Under the pieces are notes generated by a model. It did no database searches, was not told the DNA's origin, and worked only from the letters and a program-made list of their open reading frames with translations. The position numbers were made by a program, and so were the translations under genes. This document shows positions 21,403-32,025 of a stretch of DNA of 64,000 nt, piece by piece (the stretch's first letter is position 1; each line of letters opens with the position of its first letter). This DNA is from Burkholderiales bacterium (GTDB lineage Bacteria; Pseudomonadota; Gammaproteobacteria; Burkholderiales; Ga0077523). The DNA lies in the NCBI GenBank assembly GCA_046347985.1, contig JAXMFE010000012.1, positions 35,558 to 99,557 on the forward strand, read 5' to 3'.

Positions 21403-24131
21403 GCGAGGGGTTTACGTCCGGCGGTGTCCCGTTCTTGAGCGGTCGTGCCGAGCCGGCGCGCGACGATCCGCATGCCGTTGTCCTCCGGATCCGTGCGATT
21501 GTCGAAGCCCAATCGGGTCATCAGGTGCAGCATCCGCGAGTTGTGGCCGAGGACGTAACCGACGATGGTCGTGAGGTTGCGCGCGGCCGCGGCGTCCATC
21601 AGCGCCTGCATCAGGCGCCGTCCGATGCCCTTGCCCTGCCACGCGTCGGCGACGACGAGCGCGAACTCGCACGTCGTGTCGTCGGTGCCGATCACATAGC
21701 GGGCCACGCCGATCTGCCGCGTCTCCTGCCCGTCGACCGCGAGGGCGACGAGCGCGAGCTCGCGGTCGTAGTCGATCTGCGTGAATCGGACCAGCATGCG
21801 CTCCGAGAGTTCGTGGAGGGCATTGGCGAAGCGGAAGTAGCGCGATTCCTCGGACAGGTCGCGGACGAACGCCTGCTCGAACTCGGCATCCTCCGGTCGG
21901 ATGGGGCGAACGACGATCTGCCGACCGTCCGGCAGGTTCCAGGTCTGCGTCAGATGTGTCGGGTACGGGCAGATCGCCATGTGGGAGTAGCGTTCCAGTC
22001 CCGTTCCGGCCGTGGCGGGCGCGATCGTGATCCGGGCATCGGCGACGCGTGCGCCGTGTTCGTCCACCACCAGCGGATTGATGTCCAGGCCGTCGATCGA
22101 CGGCAGTTCGCACACGAGTTCCGAAACGCGCAGGAGGACCCGCTCCACGGCGCCGCGGTCCGCGGCCGGCCAGCCACGCCACGCGTCGAGGGTGCCGGAC
22201 ACGCGCGTGCCGCGCACGAGCCCGTCGGCCAGCATCGCGTTCAGGGGGGGGAGCGCCACCGCCCGATCGGCGATGAGTTCCGCGTCCCGTCCGCCCGCGC
22301 CGAAGGTGATGACCGGGCCGAACACCGGATCGCGCAGGACGCCCACCAGCAATTCGCGCGGATGCGGCGAGTCGATCATGGCCTCGACCGTCACCCCGTC
22401 GAGGCGCGCGTGCGGGGCCACGGCGCGGACATCGCGTTCGATCGCGGCGAACGCGGCGCGGATCTCGTGGGCCGTGCGCAGTCCGAGCCTGACACCTCCT
22501 GCGTCGGACTTGTGCGACACGTCGGGCGAATTGACCTTGAGCGCCACGGCGGCGCCGAGTTGCTGGGCGGCCGCGATGGCTTCCACCGGGGTGCGTGCCA
22601 CGACGACCGGCGCGATCGGAATCCGGAAGGCGCCCAGTACCGCGCGGGCTTCCGCCGAGGACAGCGCCGTCCGGCGACGCTTCAGGGCCTCGTCGATGAT
22701 CGCGCGGGCCGCCTCGACGTCGGGAACGTCCTCGTCGTCCGTGCCGAGCGGCCCGGGGACCTGCATCAGGAGTTTCTGGTTCGCGTAGAAGTCGGCGAGA
22801 TTCGCGAACGCTTCCACGGCCGGCTCCGGCGCGCGGAAGGCCGGCAGCCGGGCCGCCTGGCAGGCGGCCAGCGGCCCCATCATGCTCTTCACGCCCATGA
22901 AACAGGCGATCAGCGGCTTGGAGGTCCTGCCCGCTGCGGCGACGAGGGACGCCGCGAGCGCATCCGGTTCGGTCATCGTCTGGGGCGTAACGATCGCGAC
23001 GACACCGTCCACCGAGGCGTCGGCCAGGCAGGTGTCGACGGCCGCCTGGTAGCGGACCGGATCGGCGTCTTCCATCACGTCCACCGGGTTGTCGCGCGAC
23101 CAGCGCGCGGGCATCGCCGCGTCGATGGCGCGCACGGTGCCCCTCGCCAGCGGGGCGATGTCGAGTCCGGTTTCGATCGCCCGATCCACCGCCAGGACAC
23201 CCGGGCCGCCGCCGTTGGTGACGATGGCCAGCCGCCGGCCGGACACGCGATATCGCGACGAGAGGTACTTGGCCGTCGCGAACAGCGAGAGGAAGTCCCG
23301 GGCGCGGACGACGCCGCAGCGCCTCAGCACCGCGTCGAAGGCGTCGTCGGGCCCGCTCATGGCGCCGGTATGCGTCACGGCGGCGCGCGCGCCTGCCGCT
23401 TCCCGGCCGCCCTTCAGCGCGATGACCGGCTTGATCCGGGCGGCAGCCCGCAATGCGCTGACGAATCGGCGGGGTTCGCGCACGCCTTCGAGGTACATCA
23501 CGATGCTTTCGGTGCGCGGATCGTCCGTCAGGAAGTCGAGGGCATCGGCGAATCCGACGTCGGTCTGGTTGCCGAGCGAGATCACGCTGGAGAAACCCAC
23601 GCCGTCGGCGGCTGCCCAATCGAGCAGGGCGCTGGCCATGCCGCCGGATTGGGTGACCAGACCCACGGTGCCGGATTGCACCGGCGGCAGGCTGAACGAC
23701 GCGTTCAATCCGATCGAGGGCCGGAGGATGCCGAGCGAATTCGGGCCGAGGATGCGCAGGCCCGTGCTCCGGGCGATGGCCGAAATGCGCTGCAGGACCG
23801 CGGGCGGCAAATCGAGCACGGCCGACAGGATGACGGCCGCACCCGCACCGAGGCGCGCGCTCGATTCGACCAGATCGGCCACGGTCCGGGCCGGGGTCGC
23901 GATCACCACGAGGTCGGGCGTGTGGTCCAGGGTTGCGAGATCGCGGAAGGCCGGGTGACCGTGGATCGCGTCGCGATTGCGGTTGACGAACGAGAGCCGC
24001 CCGCCGAATCCGTCGAGGAGGTGCCGCGCCACGGCGCCGCCGACCGTGCGGCCGTCCTCGCGCGCGCCGACGAGGGCGACGCTCATGGGTTCGAACAGCC
24101 GGTAAAGGGGTAGACCGGGGCGGCCTTGCAT
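21399..24131 (-). CDS. pat: Protein lysine acetyltransferase, Pat/PatZ type (NDP-forming acyl-CoA synthetase-like region plus C-terminal GNAT)
   Basis: Start re-picked to ATG 24131 (MQGRPGLPLYRLFEPMSVALVGA, CoA-binding domain), giving 910 aa. Contains succinyl-CoA-synthetase-like and ATP-grasp regions. C-terminal GNAT (FALVVADAWQGKGIGRRLMQALMDAA). The stop overlaps the moxR start (ATGA). Confidence 0.9.
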   Translation of the reverse strand: MQGRPGLPLYRLFEPMSVALVGAREDGRTVGGAVARHLLDGFGGRLSFVNRNRDAIHGHPAFRDLATLDHTPDLVVIATPARTVADLVESSARLGAGAAVILSAVLDLPPAVLQRISAIARSTGLRILGPNSLGILRPSIGLNASFSLPPVQSGTVGLVTQSGGMASALLDWAAADGVGFSSVISLGNQTDVGFADALDFLTDDPRTESIVMYLEGVREPRRFVSALRAAARIKPVIALKGGREAAGARAAVTHTGAMSGPDDAFDAVLRRCGVVRARDFLSLFATAKYLSSRYRVSGRRLAIVTNGGGPGVLAVDRAIETGLDIAPLARGTVRAIDAAMPARWSRDNPVDVMEDADPVRYQAAVDTCLADASVDGVVAIVTPQTMTEPDALAASLVAAAGRTSKPLIACFMGVKSMMGPLAACQAARLPAFRAPEPAVEAFANLADFYANQKLLMQVPGPLGTDDEDVPDVEAARAIIDEALKRRRTALSSAEARAVLGAFRIPIAPVVVARTPVEAIAAAQQLGAAVALKVNSPDVSHKSDAGGVRLGLRTAHEIRAAFAAIERDVRAVAPHARLDGVTVEAMIDSPHPRELLVGVLRDPVFGPVITFGAGGRDAELIADRAVALPPLNAMLADGLVRGTRVSGTLDAWRGWPAADRGAVERVLLRVSELVCELPSIDGLDINPLVVDEHGARVADARITIAPATAGTGLERYSHMAICPYPTHLTQTWNLPDGRQIVVRPIRPEDAEFEQAFVRDLSEESRYFRFANALHELSERMLVRFTQIDYDRELALVALAVDGQETRQIGVARYVIGTDDTTCEFALVVADAWQGKGIGRRLMQALMDAAAARNLTTIVGYVLGHNSRMLHLMTRLGFDNRTDPEDNGMRIVARRLGTTAQERDTAGRKPLA

Positions 24132-24338
24132 GGAGAGGGACGGCGCCTGCGACGGGAACGGCGAAGCCGCATTTTCGCAGACGCGCGGTCGTTTCCCTAG
24201 CGTCGAACCCGTCCTGCGCCGTCGAACGCCATGGCCGCGGCGGCGCCCGCATCCCGCGTTGTCACGCGCGGGAGGCGGGCGGTACCATGCGATGACCCTC
24301 ACCGGAACCCGCCCTCACGTCCACGCGACGACGACCCC

Positions 24339-25262
24339 ATGGTCACCGCCCTCATCCGTCACCCCGACTGCCTGCGCCACGACATGGGAGCCCAGCATCC
24401 CGAGTGTCCGGCGCGCCTCGGCGCGGTGGAGGACCAGCTGCTGGCCTCGGGCCTGATGATGGCGCTGGATGTCCACGAGGCCCCGCTCGTGTCGCCGAGC
24501 CACCTCGAGCGCGTGCATTCGCCGGAGCACGTGGAGGCGATGTTCGCCTCGGTGCCGAACCAGGGGCTCGTTCACGTGGACCCCGACACGGCGATGAACC
24601 CGTATACGCTCACGGCTGCGCTGCGGGCCGCCGGGGCCGCGGTCCTGGCGACCGATCTCGTGGTGTCGGGGGCGGCGGAGAATGCCTTCTGCAATGTCCG
24701 GCCCCCGGGTCACCACGCCGAGCGCGAGCGGGCGATGGGCTTCTGCTTCTTCAACAACGTCGCCGTTGCCGCCGCACATGCGCTCGAGCACCACGGCCTC
24801 GAGCGGGTCGCGATCGCCGATTTCGACGTCCATCACGGCAACGGCACCGAGAACATCTTCGCGGGCGACGGGCGCGTGCTCATGGTGTCGACGTTCCAGC
24901 ACCCCTTCTATCCCTACAGCGGGACCGAAGGCCGGTCGGCGCAGATGGTGAACATCCCCCTGGCGGCCTACAGCACGGGGCGGCATTTCCGGGATGCGGT
25001 GGAGACGTTCTGGCTGCCGGCCCTGGAATCCTTCCGGCCGCAGATGATCTTCGTCTCGGCCGGGTTCGACGCCCATCGGGATGACGACATGGCATCCATG
25101 GGATTGGTCGAGGCCGATTACGCCTGGGTGACCGAGGCGCTGGTCGACGTGGCCCGGCGGCACGCCGGCGGCCGCATCGTCTCGATGCTCGAAGGCGGCT
25201 ACGAACTGCATGCCCTCGGCCGCAGCGTCGCGGCCCACGTTCGCGCCCTCGCCGGTCTTTGA
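24339..25262 (+). CDS. Histone-deacetylase-family Zn-dependent deacetylase/amidohydrolase
   Basis: Start re-picked to ATG 24339 ([17 protein letters not shown]). Motifs [31 protein letters not shown]. Divergent from pat. Confidence 0.9.
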   Translation: MVTALIRHPDCLRHDMGAQHPECPARLGAVEDQLLASGLMMALDVHEAPLVSPSHLERVHSPEHVEAMFASVPNQGLVHVDPDTAMNPYTLTAALRAAGAAVLATDLVVSGAAENAFCNVRPPGHHAERERAMGFCFFNNVAVAAAHALEHHGLERVAIADFDVHHGNGTENIFAGDGRVLMVSTFQHPFYPYSGTEGRSAQMVNIPLAAYSTGRHFRDAVETFWLPALESFRPQMIFVSAGFDAHRDDDMASMGLVEADYAWVTEALVDVARRHAGGRIVSMLEGGYELHALGRSVAAHVRALAGL

Positions 25263-25380
25263 CCCCGACGGCGGGCAGGTCTGCGCCGTCGCCTTTCCGC
25301 ATAAAGTTCCGAGCGTTCCTTCCGACAACTGTCCTGTCGTGTCGTCGCGGCCGGACCGGTCGCATCTGGGAGAGAACGCT

Positions 25381-27063
25381 ATGGCGTCGGCTGGTCTGGA
25401 TCAATGGAAGAAATCGCTGGGCCTGTGGCTCGGCCTCGCAATCGGTGCGCCGGCGGTTGTCGGCGTGGCCACGTGGGTCGTCGGTGTGTCGGCGGGCTGG
25501 ATCGTGGGGATCGCGACCGGCGCGGGCCTGGCGGCCGGCGCCGTGGCCTTCGTCGTGCTGACGCGCCAGATCCTCGAGCCGGCCGGAACGCTCGTCGCGG
25601 TCCTCGATGACGCGGCGACGCGGGGCAACCTGGCGCTGGACCCCGTGACGGCGGAGGCCGTGCGCGGCAGCTCGGCCGCCGACATGCTGAGCCGGACCAC
25701 TGCGCTGGTCTCGGAAGTCCGCAGTTCCGGCATCGATATCGCCGTGGCGGCCGCGCGGCTGACGCGGGACCTGAAGGATTCGTCGGACACGGCCAAGCGC
25801 CAGCGGGATCTCGCGGACCGGGTGTTCGACACGAGCCAGACGGTCACCGAGGGGATCGAGAGGGCCGCTGCCCGGACGCGGACCGCCACCGACACCACGG
25901 CGGCGAGCGTCGAGGCGGCGCAGGCATCCTGCAACGAGATGGCCGAAGTCGCAGCCCTCGCCGACGGCATCCAGTCGAGTCTCACCGCATTCCAGGACAC
26001 GGTGCGCTCCCTGTCCGAACGTTCTCGGTCGATCCGCGACATCGGCATGCTGATCAACGACATTTCCGACCAGACCAATCTGCTGGCCCTGAATGCGGCC
26101 ATCGAGGCCGCGCGGGCCGGGGAAGCCGGGCGCGGATTCGCGGTCGTCGCCGACGAGGTCCGCAAACTGGCCGAGAAGGTGAAGTCCGCCACGGGCGTGA
26201 TCGCCGAAGGCACGTCCGAGATGCTGACACTGGTCGACACCACCGAGAAGGACGGCCAGCGGATCCACGAAGATGCCGGCCGAACCGGTTCGGTGCTGCG
26301 CGAATCGTCGACGCGGTTCAATCGGATGGTTGAAGAACTGCGCGCGATGAGCGGCGAACTCGCGGCCGTCTCGGAGGCCATGGGATCCCTCCAGGTCGCC
26401 AACGGCGAGATCCATGGCCACGTGGGCGAGATTCACCAGCTCAGCATGTCGGTTGCGGATCGTATGGAGAAGAGCCGGACCTTCACCCAGGACTTCCGCA
26501 AGGCCACGGAACGGATGCTCTCCACGGGCGCGTCGTTCCGCCTTGGCGACACCTTCTTCGATCTGGTGCAGGCGCGGATGCGCCAGTACCGCGACGAGGT
26601 GCAGGCGTACCTGACCGGCCAGGCGGCGGCGGGCGTGAATGTCTTCGACCGGAGCTACCAGGCGATCCCCGGGACTCAACCGTCCAAGTACCACACGCAA
26701 TACGACCGGCGGTGCGAGGCCGAACTGCAACGGCTCGGTGACGAGATGCTCGACAGTCTCGAGGGGCTGCGCTTCGCCCTGTCCGTCGACGAGAACGGGT
26801 ATGCGCCGACCCACAACCGGAAGTTCGCCCAACCGGCGACGGGCGATCCGGCGAAGGATCTCGTCTCCAGCCGGCAGAAGCGGATCTTCGACGACGACAC
26901 GGCCATCAACGCGGCACGCAATACGACGCCGTTCCTGCTCCAGACCTACCTTCGGGACACCGGCGAACTGCTGAACGACCTGTCCATGCCCGTCAGCGTG
27001 AACGGTCGTCACTGGGGGGCCGTCCGCGTGGGCGTCGATCCGTCCGTTCTCGTCAGGCACTGA
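25381..27063 (+). CDS. Methyl-accepting chemotaxis protein with a C-terminal putative sensor domain
   Basis: Start re-picked to ATG 25381. Two adjacent TM helices with no periplasmic domain. MCP signalling hairpin ([37 protein letters not shown]). About 190 extra C-terminal residues ([32 protein letters not shown]...[12 protein letters not shown]). Confidence 0.9.
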   Translation: MASAGLDQWKKSLGLWLGLAIGAPAVVGVATWVVGVSAGWIVGIATGAGLAAGAVAFVVLTRQILEPAGTLVAVLDDAATRGNLALDPVTAEAVRGSSAADMLSRTTALVSEVRSSGIDIAVAAARLTRDLKDSSDTAKRQRDLADRVFDTSQTVTEGIERAAARTRTATDTTAASVEAAQASCNEMAEVAALADGIQSSLTAFQDTVRSLSERSRSIRDIGMLINDISDQTNLLALNAAIEAARAGEAGRGFAVVADEVRKLAEKVKSATGVIAEGTSEMLTLVDTTEKDGQRIHEDAGRTGSVLRESSTRFNRMVEELRAMSGELAAVSEAMGSLQVANGEIHGHVGEIHQLSMSVADRMEKSRTFTQDFRKATERMLSTGASFRLGDTFFDLVQARMRQYRDEVQAYLTGQAAAGVNVFDRSYQAIPGTQPSKYHTQYDRRCEAELQRLGDEMLDSLEGLRFALSVDENGYAPTHNRKFAQPATGDPAKDLVSSRQKRIFDDDTAINAARNTTPFLLQTYLRDTGELLNDLSMPVSVNGRHWGAVRVGVDPSVLVRH

Positions 27064-27079
27064 GCGGCGCAGCGCGCCG

Positions 27080-27484
27080 TCAGCCGACGATCAGGGCGGC
27101 GGCCACCTTCCGGCCCTCGGCCAGCAGGATGTTGTAGGTGCGGCAGGCCGCCGGCGTCGACATCACCTCGACGCCGATGCGGGCCGCCGACAGCGCCCGG
27201 TAGCGCCCGGGGTGGATCATGTGGTGCCGGTCTCCCGTGCCGATCAGCGCGATCTCGAGGGGCTGTCCCGCGAGCACGGACAGATCGGCCTCGTCGAGTT
27301 CCTCCGCGCGCGCCACTTCCCAGGGATCGACGATCCGGTCGGGAAACACGACCAGGCTCCGGTGGTGCTGCCGGCCATTGAGGGTCACATAACCCTGGCC
27401 GTAGCCCGAGAAGGCATTGCGGCCGTCGAATCGGTCCAGATGCAGTTTCAAGTGCGGCGTCGGAGAGGCGAGGGGTCGTCGCAT
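27080..27484 (-). CDS. Mth938-like domain protein (DUF498 family)
   Basis: Family-typical core ([20 protein letters not shown]...[17 protein letters not shown]...[29 protein letters not shown]). The start is set at ATG 27484 (134 aa) and is uncertain; ATG 27538 or 27598 would give longer forms. Confidence 0.7.
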   Translation of the reverse strand: MRRPLASPTPHLKLHLDRFDGRNAFSGYGQGYVTLNGRQHHRSLVVFPDRIVDPWEVARAEELDEADLSVLAGQPLEIALIGTGDRHHMIHPGRYRALSAARIGVEVMSTPAACRTYNILLAEGRKVAAALIVG

Positions 27485-27630
27485 GCTACCCGAATCGCCC
27501 GCATACGCGTGGAACTGGTCGCCGGCTTCCAATACCATTACGGCTTTCGGCACGACCGCGCGCCCCCTCGGCCGCGAATCGCCTTGAAACGCCGCCATCG
27601 CGGCCCGCCCCGCCCCGGAGTCCCAGCACC

Positions 27631-28842
27631 ATGCACGAGTTTCCCCGCATCAAGCGCCTGCCCCCCTATGTCTTCAACATCACCGGGGAGCTCAAGGCCG
27701 CGGCCCGCAAGCGGGGGGAGGACATCATCGATTTCGGCATGGGCAATCCGGATCAGCCCACCCCGCGGCACATCGTCGACAAGCTGGTCGAATCCGCCCA
27801 GCGCGGCGACACGCACCGGTATTCGGTCTCGAAGGGCATTCCGCGCCTGCGCCGCGCCATCGCGAACTGGTACAAGACCCGGTACGACGTCGATCTCGAT
27901 CCGGACACGGAAGCGATCGCCACGATCGGATCGAAGGAAGGCATCGCCCACCTCGCGCTCGCCACCCTGGACCGCGGCGACATCGTGCTGGTGCCGAACC
28001 CCAGCTACCCGATCCACATCTACGGGCCGGTGATTGCGGGTGCGGACATCCGTCACGTGCCCCTGGTGCCGGGCGTCGACTTCTTCGACGAGCTGCAGCG
28101 GGCGATCAAGGATTCGTATCCGAAGCCCAAGATGCTCATCCTGAACTTCCCGGCCAACCCGACGGCGCAGTGCGTCGAACTGCCGTTCTTCGAGCGGATC
28201 ATCGCGCTGGCACGGGAGCACGACATCTTCGTCGTGCACGACCTGGCCTACGCCGACATCGTGTTCGACGGCTGGAAGTGTCCGTCCATCCTCCAGGTGC
28301 CCGGGGCGAAGGACATCGCCGTCGAGTTCTTCACGCTGTCGAAGAGCTACAACATGGCCGGCTGGCGCGTCGGTTTCATGGTCGGCAATCGCGAGCTCGT
28401 GGCCGCACTGGCCCGGATGAAGAGCTATCACGACTACGGCACCTTCACGCCGATCCAGATCGCTGCGATCGTCGCCCTCGAAGGGCCGCAGGATTGCGTG
28501 GCGGACGTGCGTGCGATGTATCAGCGTCGCCGTGACGTGCTGGTCACCGGATTGCACGCGCTCGACTGGATGGTCGACATTCCCAAGGCGTCGATGTACA
28601 TCTGGGCGCAGATTCCGGAGGCCTACCGCTCGATGGGCTCGCTGGAATTCTCGAAGAAGCTGCTGGCCGATGCCAAGGTCGCGGTGGCCCCGGGGATCGG
28701 TTTCGGCGAGTACGGCGACGATCACGTGCGCTTCGCCCTGATCGAGAACGAGGCCCGGACGCGCCAGGCCGTGCGCGGCATCCGCGACATGTTCCGCAAG
28801 GACGGATTGCTGGGACAGGCGCCGGTCGCCAAAGCCGGATGA
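27631..28842 (+). CDS. Class I/II PLP-dependent aminotransferase (AlaC-like)
   Basis: 403 aa, [16 protein letters not shown]...GNPD, with the PLP lysine region [15 protein letters not shown]. The position upstream of hom-thrC is conserved in betaproteobacteria. Confidence 0.9.
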   Translation: MHEFPRIKRLPPYVFNITGELKAAARKRGEDIIDFGMGNPDQPTPRHIVDKLVESAQRGDTHRYSVSKGIPRLRRAIANWYKTRYDVDLDPDTEAIATIGSKEGIAHLALATLDRGDIVLVPNPSYPIHIYGPVIAGADIRHVPLVPGVDFFDELQRAIKDSYPKPKMLILNFPANPTAQCVELPFFERIIALAREHDIFVVHDLAYADIVFDGWKCPSILQVPGAKDIAVEFFTLSKSYNMAGWRVGFMVGNRELVAALARMKSYHDYGTFTPIQIAAIVALEGPQDCVADVRAMYQRRRDVLVTGLHALDWMVDIPKASMYIWAQIPEAYRSMGSLEFSKKLLADAKVAVAPGIGFGEYGDDHVRFALIENEARTRQAVRGIRDMFRKDGLLGQAPVAKAG

Positions 28843-29285
28843 GTGTCCACGTCATCCGTGTCGCGGATCGCGGCGGCACGCTGATCGCCCCGGCGTGGCT
28901 GGCGAAGGCCGAAGACGTGCACCGTCAGCTCCGACCGCAGCTGGAGCAAGACTATGCGGCCCAGATGCAACGGGTATTCGCCGACGGTGGCGAGATGGCC
29001 GTCGCGGTGGACGGCGAGCGCGTTCTTGGGGTCACCGTCTTCCGCCAGTTCGAGAACACCCACGTCGGCAAGCGCTTCTATGTGGACGATCTCGTCACCG
29101 ATACGGGTGCCCGTTCCGCCGGGGTCGGATCGGCCCTGGTCGCGTGGCTCGAACAGGAGGCCCGGTCGCGGGGGTGCCCGGGGTTCGACCTCGAATCGGG
29201 CACCCAGCGGCAACGGGCCCATCGTTTCTATTTTCGCGAAGGATTTTTCGTGACCAGTTTCAGCTTCAGGAAGACGTTCGAATGA
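28839..29285 (+). CDS. GNAT-family N-acetyltransferase
   Basis: 148 aa with the acetyl-CoA motif [23 protein letters not shown] and a C-terminal [12 protein letters not shown] overlaps at both ends. Confidence 0.8.
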   Translation: MSVHVIRVADRGGTLIAPAWLAKAEDVHRQLRPQLEQDYAAQMQRVFADGGEMAVAVDGERVLGVTVFRQFENTHVGKRFYVDDLVTDTGARSAGVGSALVAWLEQEARSRGCPGFDLESGTQRQRAHRFYFREGFFVTSFSFRKTFE

Positions 29286-30595
29286 AGCCCATCCAGGTGG
29301 GGCTCCTAGGCATCGGGACCGTGGGCGGCGGCACGTTCAACGTGCTCCGGCGCAACCAGGGCGAGATCATGCGGCGGGCCGGTCGGACCATCCACATCTC
29401 GACCGTCGCCGACAAGGACCTCGCGCGCGCCCGCGCCATCGTCGGCGAGGCGGTGAAGATCACCGACGACGCGTTCTCGGTGGTGCGCGACCCGGCCATC
29501 GACATCGTCGTCGAACTGATCGGCGGCACCGGCGTGGCGAAGGACCTGATCCTCGCCGCGATCGAGAACCGGAAGCACGTCGTCACCGCGAACAAGGCGC
29601 TGCTCGCCAAGCACGGCAACGAGATCTTCGCGGCCGCCCGCGCCACGGGCGTGATGGTCGCCTTCGAGGCCGCGGTCGCAGGCGGCATTCCGATCATCAA
29701 GGCACTGCGCGAGGGGCTCACGGCCAACCGCATCGAATGGGCGGCCGGCATCATCAACGGGACCAGCAACTTCATCCTGTCGGAGATGCGCGACAAGGGC
29801 CTGGCCTTCGACACCGTGCTGAAGGAAGCGCAGCGGCTCGGTTACGCTGAAGCGGACCCTACCTTCGACATCGAGGGCGTCGACGCCGCACACAAGCTGA
29901 CGATCATCGCGGCGATCGCGTTCGGCATCCCGATGCAGTTCGAGCGTGCCTACACGGAAGGGATCGCGAAGCTCACGCGCGAGGACATCCTCTATGCGGA
30001 GCAGCTCGGCTACCGGATCAAGCTGCTGGGCATCACGCGGCGCACGCCCGCGGGGATCGAACTGCGCGTCCATCCGACGCTGATTCCCGCGCGCCGCCTC
30101 ATCGCCAACGTGGAAGGCGTCATGAACGCCGTGCTCGTGAAGGGCGACGCCGTGGGCGCGACGCTGTACTACGGCGCCGGTGCAGGCGCGGAACCGACGG
30201 CGTCTGCGGTCATCGCGGATCTCGTCGACGTCACGCGCACGCTGACGGCCGATCCGGAGCATCGCGTACCTCACCTTGCCTTCCAGCCGGATCAGCTTTC
30301 GGACACGCCGATCCTGCCGATGGAGGCCGTGGAGACGTCCTACTACCTGCGGATGCGCGCCTTCGACCGGCCGGGCGTGCTGGCCGACATCACGCGTCTG
30401 CTGGCCGATCATTCGATCTCGATCGATGCGATGGTCCAGAAGGAACCGGCCGAGGGCGAGGAGCAGGTCGATATCGTGATGCTCACGCACCTGACGGTCG
30501 AGCGGAACGTGAACGCCGCCATCGCAGGCATCGAGGCGCTGCCCTCGATCTCGGGCAGGGTGACCCGCATCCGTCTCGAAGAACTGGGGCGGTAG
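29282..30595 (+). CDS. hom: Homoserine dehydrogenase
   Basis: Start re-picked to ATG 29282 ([21 protein letters not shown]-binding motif). Catalytic domain plus a C-terminal ACT domain. 437 aa. Confidence 0.95.
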   Translation: MKPIQVGLLGIGTVGGGTFNVLRRNQGEIMRRAGRTIHISTVADKDLARARAIVGEAVKITDDAFSVVRDPAIDIVVELIGGTGVAKDLILAAIENRKHVVTANKALLAKHGNEIFAAARATGVMVAFEAAVAGGIPIIKALREGLTANRIEWAAGIINGTSNFILSEMRDKGLAFDTVLKEAQRLGYAEADPTFDIEGVDAAHKLTIIAAIAFGIPMQFERAYTEGIAKLTREDILYAEQLGYRIKLLGITRRTPAGIELRVHPTLIPARRLIANVEGVMNAVLVKGDAVGATLYYGAGAGAEPTASAVIADLVDVTRTLTADPEHRVPHLAFQPDQLSDTPILPMEAVETSYYLRMRAFDRPGVLADITRLLADHSISIDAMVQKEPAEGEEQVDIVMLTHLTVERNVNAAIAGIEALPSISGRVTRIRLEELGR

Positions 30596-30602
30596 AGCAA
30601 TC

Positions 30603-32015
30603 ATGAGATACATCTCCACCCGCGGCGGCATGCCGCCCACGCCGTTCACCGACATCCTGCTTGAAGGTCTTGCGCCCGACGGCGGACTCTCGATGCCCGA
30701 GCGCTATCCGCGCATCGACAATGCAACGCTCGCCCGGTGGCGTCCGCTCGGCTATCGCGATCTCGCATTCGAGATCTTCTCGCTGTTCATGGACGACATC
30801 CCGTCGGCGGATCTGCGCGACATCGTCGACCGCACCTATACCGCGAAGGCGTTCGGGACCGACGACATCACACCGGTCACCACGCTCGAGGCGGGTCTGC
30901 ATCTGCTGCAGCTGTCGAACGGCCCGACCCTCGCGTTCAAGGACGTGGCGATGCAGCTGCTCGGCAATCTGTTCGAGTACACGCTCGCGAAGCGGGGCGA
31001 GGAATTGAACATCCTCGGCGCCACCTCCGGTGATACCGGCTCGGCAGCGGAGTACGCGATGCGCGGCAAGCAGGGCGTGCGCGTGTTCATGCTCTCGCCG
31101 GAAGGCAAGATGAGTCCGTTCCAGACGGCGCAGATGTATTCGCTCCAGGATGCGAACATCTTCAACATCGCCGTCCGCGGGGTGTTCGACGATTGCCAGG
31201 ACATCGTGAAGGCGGTGTCGAACGACCGGGCCTTCAAGCAGGACCGGCGCATCGGCACGGTGAACTCCATCAACTGGGCCCGACTGATCGCCCAGGTGGT
31301 CTACTACTTCAAGGGCTACTTTGCGGCCACGAGCCACAGCGACCAGGTCGTGAGCTTTTCCGTGCCGTCGGGTAACTTCGGCAACGTCTGTGCGGGACAC
31401 GTCGCCCGCATGATGGGTCTGCCGGTGCGTCGGCTCGTGGTCGCGACCAACGAGAATGACGTGCTGGACGAGTTCTTCCGCACCGGCCGCTATCGTGTGC
31501 GGGCGGCGCGGGACGTGGTTGCAACGTCGAGTCCGTCCATGGACATCTCGAAGGCATCGAACTTCGAACGTTTCGTCTATGACCTCGTGGGTCGCGATGC
31601 GGCGGTGGTGCGGGCGCTGTGGCAGAGCGTCGATCGCGGCGGCGAATTCGATCTGGGCGGGACGCCGCACTTCGCGCGACTCGCGGACTTCGGTTTCGTC
31701 TCGGGGCACAGTACCCACGCGGATCGGTTGTCGACGATCCGGAGCGTGCATCAGCGCTACGGCGTGACCGTGGATACGCACACCGCGGACGGCATCAAGG
31801 TCGGACTGGAACATCGCGAAGCCGGCATTCCGCTGCTGTGTCTCGAAACCGCGCAGCCCGCGAAGTTCGGCGCCACCATCCGGGAAGCGCTCGGTCGTGA
31901 TCCGGAGCTCCCGAAGGGCTACGAGGATCTCTCCGCGAGACCGCTGCGCTTCGAGACGATGGACGCGGATGCGGAAGCGGTGAAGGCCTTCATCGTCCGG
32001 CACTGCGCAGCCTGA
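30603..32015 (+). CDS. thrC: Threonine synthase
   Basis: 470 aa, MRYISTRGG..., with the PLP lysine region GPTLAFKDVAMQLLG. Confidence 0.95.
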   Translation: MRYISTRGGMPPTPFTDILLEGLAPDGGLSMPERYPRIDNATLARWRPLGYRDLAFEIFSLFMDDIPSADLRDIVDRTYTAKAFGTDDITPVTTLEAGLHLLQLSNGPTLAFKDVAMQLLGNLFEYTLAKRGEELNILGATSGDTGSAAEYAMRGKQGVRVFMLSPEGKMSPFQTAQMYSLQDANIFNIAVRGVFDDCQDIVKAVSNDRAFKQDRRIGTVNSINWARLIAQVVYYFKGYFAATSHSDQVVSFSVPSGNFGNVCAGHVARMMGLPVRRLVVATNENDVLDEFFRTGRYRVRAARDVVATSSPSMDISKASNFERFVYDLVGRDAAVVRALWQSVDRGGEFDLGGTPHFARLADFGFVSGHSTHADRLSTIRSVHQRYGVTVDTHTADGIKVGLEHREAGIPLLCLETAQPAKFGATIREALGRDPELPKGYEDLSARPLRFETMDADAEAVKAFIVRHCAA

Positions 32016-32025
32016 CGGCGCCCGT

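Noticed and set aside
21435-27060. Long antisense ORFs: 21435-24113 (+, 892 aa), 21412-24252 (-, alternative frame) and 24880-27060 (-, 726 aa)
   Set aside because: They overlap pat, the HDAC-family gene and the MCP, all of which carry clear family motifs. The alternative ORFs are Arg/Pro/Gly-rich with no motifs.
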